This document shows, piece after piece, positions 36,136 to 46,971 of a stretch of 64,000 nucleotides of DNA. Position numbers and translations under genes: made by a program. The stretch spans positions 39,838 to 103,837 of the forward strand of contig JAJCXO010000184.1 in NCBI GenBank assembly GCA_029263395.1, written 5' to 3'. The notes beneath the pieces were generated by a model. The model was not told the DNA's origin. It ran no database searches and saw nothing but the letters and a program-made list of their open reading frames with translations. How positions within the stretch are numbered: the stretch's first letter is position 1; every line of letters starts with the position of its first letter. The stretch comes from Acidobacteriota bacterium. GTDB lineage: Bacteria > Acidobacteriota > Thermoanaerobaculia > Multivoradales > J023.

Positions 36136-36549
36136 TCAACGAGCCTTCAAAGGGTCAAACGTCACCGGAGTCCATTCGACCACCCGCGGAGGTACAAAGT
36201 CGCTGAGCTGGACAACCACCTCGACCGAGCGGCCGGCGTTGCCGTAAACCACCGTCACCAGGACAATCCGGGTCAGCGCCCGCTCTCCCATCCTGACCCT
36301 GGCCTCCACTGTGCCGTCTCCGACTCCATGCTCCGCCACACCAGCCCACGAATGCGACAAAGAAAAACGGTCGAGAGCCTGCGCCACCCCAGCATCGATC
36401 AGAGCACTGAGGTGGATATCCTGGGCCTCTTGCCGGAGCAACCACATGCGAAACTGTAGCGAGCCTGCGAGTAGAGTACCGGCGGCCATCATCAAGACAA
36501 TGACCATCAAGACCGTGATCAGCACATACCCTGGATCACGCCTCACCAT
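36136..36549 (-). CDS. pseudopilin-like protein (T2SS/T4P minor pilin-like, GspK-like position)
   Basis: An N-terminal hydrophobic segment (GYVLITVLMVIVLMMAAGTLLAG) lies in an operon with two prepilin-motif genes. It overlaps the upstream gene by 7 nt. Confidence 0.5.
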   Translation of the reverse strand: MVRRDPGYVLITVLMVIVLMMAAGTLLAGSLQFRMWLLRQEAQDIHLSALIDAGVAQALDRFSLSHSWAGVAEHGVGDGTVEARVRMGERALTRIVLVTVVYGNAGRSVEVVVQLSDFVPPRVVEWTPVTFDPLKAR

Positions 36550-37142
36550 CCATCCTTCCCCCCGGCTCGACGCGGACTGGCTGCCACTCGATGGCGACGA
36601 GTGATCGGTACAATTGCTATTCGTTCACCGCCAGCACTGAACGATCCCAGGCGAGGCGTTTCGCGATGCCCGAGCTCGATCTCAACCAACTGTAAAGGTG
36701 CCGTAGGATCAATACGCCAACGCCACACCGTGACATCTCGCAGAACCGTCCGTTCACTCGACGGCTGACCACCCATACCGCCGATGCGTCTGACCAGATC
36801 ACTGCCAACCTTCTGGTAACGTACCGAGCCAACCGGGTGCCCTACCAGGCTCAGCGGATCCCAACTCCACTCGGAATCTGTGGCCGACACCGCCACAGAG
36901 GCACGTATGTCGGCGCGCAGCAGTTTCAAGGCCAATGTCGATTGAGGGTCTAGGGCTCGCTCTGCCGAGTGCGCCAGCCTCAGCTGTGCCTCGAGCAGCA
37001 ACTGAGCCGCAATCGACATTGCGATGGACAAGATCGCTAGCGAGAACAAGAGCTCGAGCAGCGAGAAACCGGCCGTCCGGCGCCTATCGGGAATTCCCCT
37101 CACGGCTGCCATACCCGTGTTTCCAACGCCCGGTTGTACCAC
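36543..37142 (-). CDS. prepilin-type N-terminal cleavage/methylation domain protein (pseudopilin)
   Basis: Motif GFSLLELLFSLAILSIAM is the class III signal-peptide motif (G/FxxxE). The leader is unusually long, so the true start may be internal. Confidence 0.65.
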   Translation of the reverse strand: MVQPGVGNTGMAAVRGIPDRRRTAGFSLLELLFSLAILSIAMSIAAQLLLEAQLRLAHSAERALDPQSTLALKLLRADIRASVAVSATDSEWSWDPLSLVGHPVGSVRYQKVGSDLVRRIGGMGGQPSSERTVLRDVTVWRWRIDPTAPLQLVEIELGHRETPRLGSFSAGGERIAIVPITRRHRVAASPRRAGGKDGW

Positions 37143-37534
37143 TGACTACCGACCCGATAGCGGGCGACTAGGGTAAGCCGAAAGAGCCCACTCCCACTCT
37201 CTTCCGAGCTCTCAGTCCACAATCGCAGGTCTTGCACGACTGCACCGTCCGGTAAGGAAATGGCTCCCGGATCAACAGGTTGTCTCCCGCTCGGCACCGT
37301 CAGACCGGCTCGTATGCCTTCCAGAACCTGCTCCATTGCTCGCAACACTTCACGGTGAGCCTCGAGACGCTGCAACGCTCTAGGTTCTTGCATCAGTAGC
37401 GAAAGAGTTAGCAGCATCGCGACGCCGAGCAAGCTCAAGGCGACCAAGGACTCGATCAATGTGAAGCCGTGGCTTGACCGCCCAGGGTGGACAGAAGCCA
37501 AGAGACGGGCTGCCGGGGGCTTCGAACACGTCAT
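37100..37534 (-). CDS. prepilin-type N-terminal cleavage/methylation domain protein (pseudopilin)
   Basis: Motif GFTLIESLVALSLLGVAML matches the prepilin motif with the conserved Glu at +5. Confidence 0.7.
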   Translation of the reverse strand: MTCSKPPAARLLASVHPGRSSHGFTLIESLVALSLLGVAMLLTLSLLMQEPRALQRLEAHREVLRAMEQVLEGIRAGLTVPSGRQPVDPGAISLPDGAVVQDLRLWTESSEESGSGLFRLTLVARYRVGSQWYNRALETRVWQP

Positions 37535-37686
37535 AGCTGACTCAGCATGCTACCAAAGAGTCCCGTCGAAAGAGCGGCCTTGACAAACTTCGAAAATCAA
37601 ACAACAATACATCCGGATGGACGGATACAAAACCTCATACATGATCCAAACGCCGGTACTAGCAGCTACTCGATAGGCCCGACACC

Positions 37687-38679
37687 ATGAACTCGAAACC
37701 TACAATTCTCGACCACGCGGCGGTGTTGTCAGACGCCACCCGTTGTCGCATCTTACAGCTCTTGGATCGTCAAGAGCTGACGGTCTCGGAGTTGGTGAGG
37801 GTTCTGCAACTGCCCCAGTCGACGGCCAGTCGTCACCTCAAGGTGCTGTCGGATGGCGGGTGGCTGCACTCTCACCGTGATGGTACGAGTCATCTCTATC
37901 AGTTGGCCTCCGACACGATCGGTGAAGCGGCCAAACGGCTATGGGAGCTGATCCGAGATCAGCTAGCGGAGACTCCGACATCGCAACAAGATCTTCGTCG
38001 CCTGGAAGGGCTGTTACAAGAGCGTCGTTCCAGGTCGCAAGCGTTCTTTACCGAATCGGCGAGTGATTGGGACCGGGTTCGTGACGAGCTGTTTGGTCAC
38101 CGCTTCGACCTCCAGGCTCTGCTGGCGCTGATCGACCCAAGGTCGGTTGTAGGGGATCTCGGTTGTGGTACCGGTCGCACCAGTGAAGCACTGGCACCTC
38201 ACGTCGCACGGGTTTATGCCGTCGACGGCTCATCCTCCATGCTGGAAGCAGCCAGAGACAGACTCTCCGGCCACAGCAATATCAAGTTTCGCGAGGGCGA
38301 GCTCGAGCGGCTACCGCTCGAAGACCAATGTTTGGACGCGGCGATCCTTTTTTTGGCGCTGCACCACACCCCCGAACCAGGTCGCGTGTTGGCCGAGGTT
38401 CGGCGCGTTACCAAGCCCGACGGTCGCCTACTGATCGTCGACATGTTGCCCCACGACCGTGAAGACTACCGCCGCCAGATGGGGCACGTTTGGCTGGGAT
38501 TTGGCCAGGAGCAAATCCTTCGCGCCCTGCAGTCCGCAGGGTTTGACAATCCGTCCTTCAGTGCTCTCCCCGCTGACGCCGAGGCCAAAGGGCCGACTCT
38601 TTTTGTCGCCACCGCTTCGAGAGGCTTTGACTTGCCGCAGCCGGTCGAGCAGACCGGGCAAGCAGCAGCCGAAGCTTGA
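37687..38679 (+). CDS. ArsR-family HTH regulator fused to class I SAM-dependent methyltransferase
   Basis: The N-terminal ArsR wHTH is [11 protein letters not shown]...[24 protein letters not shown]. The C-terminal methyltransferase has motif [11 protein letters not shown] and post-I/II motifs (VYAVDGS, LLIVD). It sits upstream of ahcY. Confidence 0.8.
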   Translation: MNSKPTILDHAAVLSDATRCRILQLLDRQELTVSELVRVLQLPQSTASRHLKVLSDGGWLHSHRDGTSHLYQLASDTIGEAAKRLWELIRDQLAETPTSQQDLRRLEGLLQERRSRSQAFFTESASDWDRVRDELFGHRFDLQALLALIDPRSVVGDLGCGTGRTSEALAPHVARVYAVDGSSSMLEAARDRLSGHSNIKFREGELERLPLEDQCLDAAILFLALHHTPEPGRVLAEVRRVTKPDGRLLIVDMLPHDREDYRRQMGHVWLGFGQEQILRALQSAGFDNPSFSALPADAEAKGPTLFVATASRGFDLPQPVEQTGQAAAEA

Positions 38680-38768
38680 TTCCAACCCTTTGCGAGCAAC
38701 GAGCTATCCAGCTCCATCGTTCAAACACCATACAACCCACAACTGATCCATACCCAGGAGATAACACA

Positions 38769-40262
<1,494 letters not shown>

Positions 40263-40283
40263 TCGCTAGCTGCTAATCGAAAA

Positions 40284-40313
40284 ACGGGCGGGCTTGGGCC
40301 CGCCCTTTTGCTT
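40284..40313. terminator. bidirectional Rho-independent terminator between convergent ahcY and the kinase gene
   Basis: aaaaacGGGCGGGCttggGCCCGCCCttttgc: an 8-bp GC stem and 4-nt loop, flanked by an A-tract and a T-tract. Confidence 0.75.
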
Positions 40314-40332
40314 TGGTACAGCAGATCACTGG

Positions 40333-41775
40333 CTAGCTCTGGCTAAACCGTCTGGTTCTAGCCAAGGTTGACCTAGCTGGCGAAGCAAAGCGAGTTGCTG
40401 GCTGTGCCTGCGGGCTCGGAGCCGATGGTGCGGTCGGCATAAGTTCAAGCCCGATCGCTTCACTAAACTTGGCCGCAAATTCCCGCGCCGTTGGTCTTCG
40501 CGCAGGATCTTTCTCGAGGGCCTGGAGTACCACCGTTTGAACTTCCTTCGTCAATTCAGGACGCAACGTCTGCATGCTTGGCGGCGCCTCATATTGATGC
40601 ATCAGGGCCAGTTTGATCAGATTGCCATCTGATACTGCAAACGGCAGCTCGCCAGTAACCATCTTGAACACCATCACACCGAGACTGTAGACATCAGTGC
40701 GTCCATCACAAGATTTCTTGGATGAGAATCGCTCCGGCGCCATGTAGGCTGGCGTCCCCGGCCCCGCCCCCCCCTGGGTCAGTCGACTGCTCGCTACCGA
40801 ATCCCCGATCAGTTTGGCGATTCCGAAATCGAGTACTTTGACCACTTCGCCCCGTGGCGATTCATGCAGAAAAATATTCTGCGGCTTGATGTCCCGATGC
40901 ACGATGCCCAAAGCGTGGGCTTCTGCCAGAACATCACATATGGGCAACAAAACTTCGGCGCACCTTGAAGGTGACAGTACCTTGTGCTCCTTGAGCATGG
41001 CTTCGAGCGTGGTGCCAGTCAGTAGTTCGGTAACCAAGTAAGGTACTCCGTCAGGCGTGACACTCGCATCTAACACCGAAACTGCATTCGGGTGCTCTAT
41101 CCGACACGTCGAACGGCCTTCTCGAAGAAAGCGCTCACGTAACTCGGCTTCATCGTCGCCACCGGCGCGAAGCAATTTGACCGCGACTTTTCGGTCGAGA
41201 TTGACGTGGGTCGCCTGATATACCTCCGCAAAATTGCCCCGGCCAATGTGTTCATCGAGCCGATAGCTACCATCCAACATCGCTCCTACTGCGATGCCAG
41301 TCCACGGATTGGAATCGGACGGCAACTCCGGCTGCAACCGGCGCGGAGTTCGGGTCCTCAGCCGCGAGTGTAGCCGAGCCAGAACCACCGGAAAATCCAA
41401 TGGTTTGGTGATGTAATCACTTGCCCCGAGCTCGAACGCACGGATGATCTGCTCGCTGCCGCTGCTGGCCGTCGCCATGACGATGACGAGATCCTCTTCA
41501 GAATGAGAAGCTCGGAGCTTTTCTAGGACCTGGAGACCGCTCATTCCGGGCATCATGACGTCGAGGATCACCAGGTCGACGTGGGCGTCAACCTTGCGAA
41601 GTGCCTCGGCCCCATCTCGGGCTTCGATCACCTCGAAGCCCTCGAGGGTCAGAAATCGCGCTAGTGGACGAAGGACGAACTCATTGTCGTCAACCAGCAA
41701 AATGGTGAAAGACTCGTCACTCATATCGGATGGAGCTTCGCACCCCAGGGTGTCGTTGCAGATGATCGCGTGCAC
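40333..41775 (-). CDS. response-regulator receiver (REC) domain fused to Ser/Thr protein kinase
   Basis: The N-terminal REC domain is ILLVDDNEFV...LVILDVMMPGMSG...ITKP. The kinase carries IGRGNFAEVY, VAVKLL, HRDIKPQNIFL, DFGIAK, GTPAYMAPE. An alternative start lies at MSDESF. Confidence 0.8.
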   Translation of the reverse strand: MHAIICNDTLGCEAPSDMSDESFTILLVDDNEFVLRPLARFLTLEGFEVIEARDGAEALRKVDAHVDLVILDVMMPGMSGLQVLEKLRASHSEEDLVIVMATASSGSEQIIRAFELGASDYITKPLDFPVVLARLHSRLRTRTPRRLQPELPSDSNPWTGIAVGAMLDGSYRLDEHIGRGNFAEVYQATHVNLDRKVAVKLLRAGGDDEAELRERFLREGRSTCRIEHPNAVSVLDASVTPDGVPYLVTELLTGTTLEAMLKEHKVLSPSRCAEVLLPICDVLAEAHALGIVHRDIKPQNIFLHESPRGEVVKVLDFGIAKLIGDSVASSRLTQGGAGPGTPAYMAPERFSSKKSCDGRTDVYSLGVMVFKMVTGELPFAVSDGNLIKLALMHQYEAPPSMQTLRPELTKEVQTVVLQALEKDPARRPTAREFAAKFSEAIGLELMPTAPSAPSPQAQPATRFASPARSTLARTRRFSQS

Positions 41776-43374
41776 AATCAGCTTGCAAGGCAGTTTAAGC
41801 TACCTACATTAAGGCCATTGTTACGATTCTATCGCTCCCTGGCGTGCCATTCCCAGGCATCCTTTCCTGATAGCTTCTATCCAATGCCTCAACACGCTTC
41901 ACCTGATCGGCATCAGTCGGACATCAGAACGATCCCGACCTGGACGCTGTCAATCCTTGGTGTGCTGTCCCTCGCCGGCTATTGGACGGTGACCTCGAGC
42001 CTCGACGGTTCCGGCTCTGCGACTGATATTCGCACCTTCTTGTTGCTCTTTGGCGGCTTGTTTTTGCTTTACCTGTTCGCCATTGCACGCCTCCAACGCT
42101 TCGCGTTTTTGACGACGCAGATTATCGTCTGGGGCGCGCTTTTCCGGCTTGCGATGCTGCCCTCAGGTTTGCCGTCCGACACCTGGCTCGAAGGATTGTC
42201 AGCGGACGTTCGGTCTCGAGAAGTTGCCTATGAGAGCTTTCTGCTCTACGACAACGACGTTTGGCGTTATCTTTGGGACGGGCATGTGTTCCATCACGGC
42301 ATGAACCCATATGCGAGTTCCCCTGCCGAACTCGAGCGCCGAATGGAGGCAGAAGAACCTCGCGCTGAAGCTCTGTTCGAAGACGAGATCTGGCAAGACA
42401 TTTTCGATCGAATCACCTACGAGACGTACCACACGGTCTATCCACCGGTGGCTCAGTGGCTCTTCCGAGGTTCTCGAAGTTTTGCACCGGGTAGTGTTTT
42501 CACCTGGAAGCTGCTGCTGACAGGTTTTGATCTTGCAACTTGCTGGCTACTCGTGCTGCTGTTGCGACGCCGTCACCAGTCGCCTGCCACTGTCTTGATT
42601 TATGCCTGGAATCCCTTACTGATCAAAGAGATTGCTGGCTCAGGCCACGTCGATGTTGTGATGATTTTTTTCTTGATGCTCGCGGTGTACTGGTGCGAGC
42701 GAGGCAAGCCGCGGCTGAGTCTCTTGGCCTACGGCCTGGCGGTGCTCTCGAAGTTAATCCCCATTCTCCTATTACCCCTATTTCTGCGGCGGACGCCCCT
42801 TCGACACTGGTGGGTCTTGGGAGCCACCGCGGTTGCTGGCTATTTGCCGTTCGCTAGCTCTCTCGAGACCATGCTGCGAGCCACCCTCGCTTTCTCTCGC
42901 GAGTGGGTCTTCAATCCGGGGCCCTGGCTGCTGGTTTACAACTCGGCCGAGCTCGTCGGTATCCCTGGCCGAACAGCCGCCAGTCTCGTGTCGCTGGGTA
43001 TCACTCTCGGGCTGGTCGCCTGGTCAACGGTACGAGACGACCAATCGACCGCTCACCTGGTCAAAGCTGCCATGATGATCCTGGCCGGTTTCCTGATTTT
43101 CAGTGCAGCCGTCATGCCGTGGTACTTGTTGTGGGTGCTGCCCCTCGCGGTCGTCAGCTACTCGCCTTCCGGGCGGCTCGAAAGCCGCCCGCTGATCCTG
43201 GCCTGGGTTGTCCTGACGGGCCTGAGCCTGCTCTCTTACCAAATCTACATTGATCAGATCGAGCACCGTTGGTGGCTGTGGGTCGAGTACCTGGGGTTCT
43301 TCGGAACCTTCGGCCTAGCCACCATCTGGACTCGCAAACACCGCTCAAGTCTTCTTCAGAACCCTGATCCGTAA
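41770..43374 (+). CDS. polytopic membrane protein, DUF2029/GT87-like glycosyltransferase family
   Basis: Many TM segments are present. Motif LLYDNDVWRYLWDGHVFHHGMNPYASSP resembles the DV..Y...G...G.NPY signature of DUF2029/MptB-like mannosyltransferases. The start is probably internal (MPQHASP at 41881). Confidence 0.5.
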   Translation: MHNQLARQFKLPTLRPLLRFYRSLACHSQASFPDSFYPMPQHASPDRHQSDIRTIPTWTLSILGVLSLAGYWTVTSSLDGSGSATDIRTFLLLFGGLFLLYLFAIARLQRFAFLTTQIIVWGALFRLAMLPSGLPSDTWLEGLSADVRSREVAYESFLLYDNDVWRYLWDGHVFHHGMNPYASSPAELERRMEAEEPRAEALFEDEIWQDIFDRITYETYHTVYPPVAQWLFRGSRSFAPGSVFTWKLLLTGFDLATCWLLVLLLRRRHQSPATVLIYAWNPLLIKEIAGSGHVDVVMIFFLMLAVYWCERGKPRLSLLAYGLAVLSKLIPILLLPLFLRRTPLRHWWVLGATAVAGYLPFASSLETMLRATLAFSREWVFNPGPWLLVYNSAELVGIPGRTAASLVSLGITLGLVAWSTVRDDQSTAHLVKAAMMILAGFLIFSAAVMPWYLLWVLPLAVVSYSPSGRLESRPLILAWVVLTGLSLLSYQIYIDQIEHRWWLWVEYLGFFGTFGLATIWTRKHRSSLLQNPDP

Positions 43375-43722
43375 CACCTCGCCGTTAGCCTGACGCTGGA
43401 CTACCTTGAGATGCTGACCGACCTGCAGATCGGCAATCTCGAGTTCTTTGCGGCCGCCGAAAGCTTTCTTGTCCTGCGCTGAGAGCTTGGTGCTGTGACT
43501 GAAAGACAGGATATGGCTGGTTTCTTTCTTGCTGTCGCGGACCATGACGGTACCGTCTGGCTTGATCTCGGTGACAACACATTTCATTGTCTCAGTGACT
43601 TTATAAGGGTCCACCGAGGAACCACCACTAGGCACCCCAGAAGATCCCGACGAACCGGATGCCAAAGCAAGCGTCGAGGCTAGGAGGGACGTCGCTGCAA
43701 ACATCAAAAGAACTTTCTTCAC
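43345..43722 (-). CDS. small secreted hypothetical protein (125 aa)
   Basis: Signal peptide MKKVLLMFAATSLLASTLALASG followed by a Gly/Ser linker. No recognisable family. Confidence 0.5.
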   Translation of the reverse strand: MKKVLLMFAATSLLASTLALASGSSGSSGVPSGGSSVDPYKVTETMKCVVTEIKPDGTVMVRDSKKETSHILSFSHSTKLSAQDKKAFGGRKELEIADLQVGQHLKVVQRQANGEVLRIRVLKKT

Positions 43723-44109
43723 GGAGCTGCTCCTTGCGTTTCAGAGTGAATATGACTCTTCTACGAACGAAGCTCCAGCCTGGTTTTCCAGACCGCTTAG
43801 ACTGGGGCCAGAAAGGGGCCAATGGCTGGCACGCGGTGGCAGACCACCCTCTAGTTCCCACAGAGCTAGATTCTAATCAACACGGCATTAGTTGGATCCC
43901 GTCTCGTTTTGCCATCTTCGGCTCAGTGAGGGAGGTCTTGTGGAGCGAGCAAGCAGCGAGCATGTTTGAGCTTCGCACCTGTTCGCATCTCGTATCCGAT
44001 AGCACCAAAAAGGGCTTAGGCTTCTCGTAACAGATCCGGCGAGTTCTGGAGCTGCGGCGCAGCTCACAAGATCGACCGAGCTCTCGATGCGTTGGTAGAT
44101 GGGATCCAA

Positions 44110-46899
44110 TTAGTCGGACTCCAACATCTCATGCACTTTGTCGATCAGATCCTGCGGTCGGAACGGCTTGTGCAAGAATCCCTTCAGCCCCATATCCATG
44201 ATCTGACGCGACACCCGTTTCTTGCTGTACCCACTCATGATCGCGATCCGTGCTTTGGGATCGATCCGACGCAGGGCCCGAAAGACTGCTTCACCATCCA
44301 TCTCAGGCATCGTCATATCCAACACCACAGCATCAATCGTGTCTTGGTGTTGCCTGAAAATCTCAACCGCTTCGACGCCCCCCGAGACTGGCAAAACTTT
44401 CCAGCCTCGGCTCTCGAGGATCTCTTGCGTGACTTCCAGCACCAGCTCTTCGTCATCCACGACGAGAATTGTCGCATCGGCTCGTGGCTCGTCGACAATC
44501 CGTGGCCGGGCTGTCGTCTCGGGTTTGGCAGAAGCTGGAAACAGAACTTCGAAGGTTGTGCCTCTGCCGGGATCGCTGTAGACCTTGATAGCGCCGCCAT
44601 GTGCACCGATGATCCCCAAGGCGGTTGCCAGCCCTAGACCTCGACCCGCAGATTTTGTAGTGAAAAATGGATCGAACATCCGGGCTCGTGTCTCTTCATC
44701 GATGCCAATCCCGGAATCCGAGACCTCGAAGAATACATAGTTACCGGGCGGATGGTCACCAGTGGGTTGCGCCGACTGGAAATAACTTGCGGCTGCCTTG
44801 ACCTGGCTGGTACGAATTGTGATGACGCCAGGCGCCGGTCCTACCGCATCCGCAGCATTTGTTACCAAACGCAGCACAACCCGGCGCAATTGATCCGAAT
44901 CGACGTCGATCGGCGGTAGTGTCTTCTTGAGCTGAAATTGCAACACCACCTTCTCGGGAATCCGTTCTTCTAGCTGAGGCGCCAACGCCTGGAGCAGATC
45001 ATTGAGCTGCAGTGTTTCGCGCTCTGGCTCTTCCTCCCCCGCAAAGGCTAGGAGCTCGTCGGACAGATCCGCTGCCCGCTCGGCCGTTCGTTCGATCAGG
45101 CGGATCTTGTCGTAGGCCGAGGACCCTGGATCAATCTCCCTCAGCGCAAGATCGGCGTGCACCATCACACCGGTCAGCAGGTTGTTGTAATCATGGGCGA
45201 TACCGGCAGCCAGGTCCGCCAAGCTCTCCAGCTTGGCGGCTTGCTGAAGCCGAGTCTCGAGTTTCAGCTGTTCTTCCTCACTCTGGCGCCGCTGAGAAAT
45301 GTCGCGTGCGATGGCGACAATACCCACCGGTTGCCCTTCCAGATCACGCAAGAGATTGACGGTCATCCAGGTTTGGAAGGTCGAACCATCTTGGTGACGG
45401 TGGCCAACTTCACCATCAAAACTGTCCTGCTCCCGAACCTGCGTCAGCAACGGATAAACCTCTAGCTGCATCTGTTCCCGGGTGTGGAACAGATTCAGGT
45501 CGTAGCCGAGCACCTCCGGCACCTCATAACCATGCATGCGGGCCCACGCCTCATTGAGGAACTGTGTCGAACCCGCCAGGTCGGCGACTATGATGCCGTC
45601 GATCGACTGCTCAACGGCACGCTCCAACATCCGCATCGACTCCTCGGCCAGTTGCCGTTCGGCATTCTCCGCCCGGAGCTGATCGTTGGCAGCCAAAAGT
45701 TCGGTGGTCGCTTCGTCCACTTTCTGCTCGAGTTGAAATCGCATCGAGTCGAGCTCTAGATGCAGACGGCTGTATCTATTGGAAAGCGAAACCGCCATCG
45801 ACAAGCCGAAGATTCCGAATGCCCAGGCCGGTAGTGGATACGTGGTACCGCGTCCCAGAACCTGGAAGGTGAGCTCGGCAACACCAGCTCCCACCACCAT
45901 CAAACCTCCGAGCCCAATCGTCCGGGCGTCTTGATCACCCTGCCACGATCTGACTGCCAACAACTGGCCGAGCCCACCAAGCAGAGGTAGAACCCAGATC
46001 CAACGGATCGTATTGGATCTGACAACCCATTCGATCGGCAGTACGACCACCGCAGCTGCGATCAGCAGATGCGAGAGTTGATAACGCCGGATCCAGGTGT
46101 TGATCGGTTGCTCGAGGTACTTCCACAATAATTGGATCAGGAAAACCACTGCCAGGTGGATCGTCGCTGAGCTGAGCCGACGACCGACCGCAAACGAATC
46201 GGTCAGGCTGTAACTCAAGCGAACCGCAAAAACTACCGCGGCGAAATCGAGCGCTGTCAAACCGAACCACAGGTACTCCACGCTCTCACGGCGTCGACTG
46301 AACAGCTGGAGATGGTAGAGACCGGCGGCCACCAAGAGGACGGCGATCAGAATCGAATGGAGAGCGCTCTGTCGTGATTTCTGCAGGTCCCGTTCGGCAA
46401 TCGCAGCCATCGTCTCCAGATCACCCAACAGCAAACGCTTCCCTGCCGGTCCAGAGTTACCCACCAGATCACTCGCCCACCCCACTCGATGAAACGTCAG
46501 TTCGAGAGTCAGCTCCCCCGCTGCGCTGACGGCACTCAACGGCACGACAAACACCTGAGCCGATGGCGCTGGTAACAACCCGCTGCCATAACCGCCAAGC
46601 GGCTGGTCTCCAGCCATCAAGCTATAGGCCCCGTACTTGGCCTCGTCGATCAACAGCGCCAAGCCACTAGGAGCCAGCTTGGTTCTCCACTCTGACGGCA
46701 GCACTAACTCACGACGCAAACGAACAGGCCCCTCATACCCCATCAGCTCGAGCTCCCGCCAGCTTGCTGGAAAGGTGATCGTGGAGACAGAAACCTCGAG
46801 TGCACCGCCCACACCGTCACCAGCGTGACCTTCCACCGTCAGTTGCCAAGGTCCCGTCAGATCCATGACGCCTGGCATCGGACCATCAGCGGCCAGCAA
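44110..46899 (-). CDS. hybrid sensor histidine kinase (7TMR-DISM-type: extracytoplasmic sensor + 7TM + PAS + HisKA/HATPase + REC)
   Basis: The N-terminal periplasmic domain is homologous to its neighbour paralog (LTGPWQ..., SGLALLIDEAKYGAYSL). Seven TM segments follow. A PAS domain, HisKA (AAGIAHDYNNLLTGV), HATPase (DSGIGIDE...GRGLGLA) and REC (ILVVDDEELV...LDMTMPEMDG) complete the architecture. The annotated TTG start lacks a signal peptide. The upstream in-frame sequence encodes one, but without a canonical start codon. Confidence 0.85.
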   Translation of the reverse strand: MLAADGPMPGVMDLTGPWQLTVEGHAGDGVGGALEVSVSTITFPASWRELELMGYEGPVRLRRELVLPSEWRTKLAPSGLALLIDEAKYGAYSLMAGDQPLGGYGSGLLPAPSAQVFVVPLSAVSAAGELTLELTFHRVGWASDLVGNSGPAGKRLLLGDLETMAAIAERDLQKSRQSALHSILIAVLLVAAGLYHLQLFSRRRESVEYLWFGLTALDFAAVVFAVRLSYSLTDSFAVGRRLSSATIHLAVVFLIQLLWKYLEQPINTWIRRYQLSHLLIAAAVVVLPIEWVVRSNTIRWIWVLPLLGGLGQLLAVRSWQGDQDARTIGLGGLMVVGAGVAELTFQVLGRGTTYPLPAWAFGIFGLSMAVSLSNRYSRLHLELDSMRFQLEQKVDEATTELLAANDQLRAENAERQLAEESMRMLERAVEQSIDGIIVADLAGSTQFLNEAWARMHGYEVPEVLGYDLNLFHTREQMQLEVYPLLTQVREQDSFDGEVGHRHQDGSTFQTWMTVNLLRDLEGQPVGIVAIARDISQRRQSEEEQLKLETRLQQAAKLESLADLAAGIAHDYNNLLTGVMVHADLALREIDPGSSAYDKIRLIERTAERAADLSDELLAFAGEEEPERETLQLNDLLQALAPQLEERIPEKVVLQFQLKKTLPPIDVDSDQLRRVVLRLVTNAADAVGPAPGVITIRTSQVKAAASYFQSAQPTGDHPPGNYVFFEVSDSGIGIDEETRARMFDPFFTTKSAGRGLGLATALGIIGAHGGAIKVYSDPGRGTTFEVLFPASAKPETTARPRIVDEPRADATILVVDDEELVLEVTQEILESRGWKVLPVSGGVEAVEIFRQHQDTIDAVVLDMTMPEMDGEAVFRALRRIDPKARIAIMSGYSKKRVSRQIMDMGLKGFLHKPFRPQDLIDKVHEMLESD

Positions 46900-46971
46900 T
46901 TCTGTCGCCAGAAGGAAGCACGCCGCGAGGCCAAAACTACGAGCAATGGAACGGATAGTGACCTCCTAAAC

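Noticed and set aside
44092-44637. 181-aa plus-strand ORF antisense to the histidine kinase REC domain
   Set aside because: It is antisense to a conserved REC domain. His/Arg-rich with no motif.
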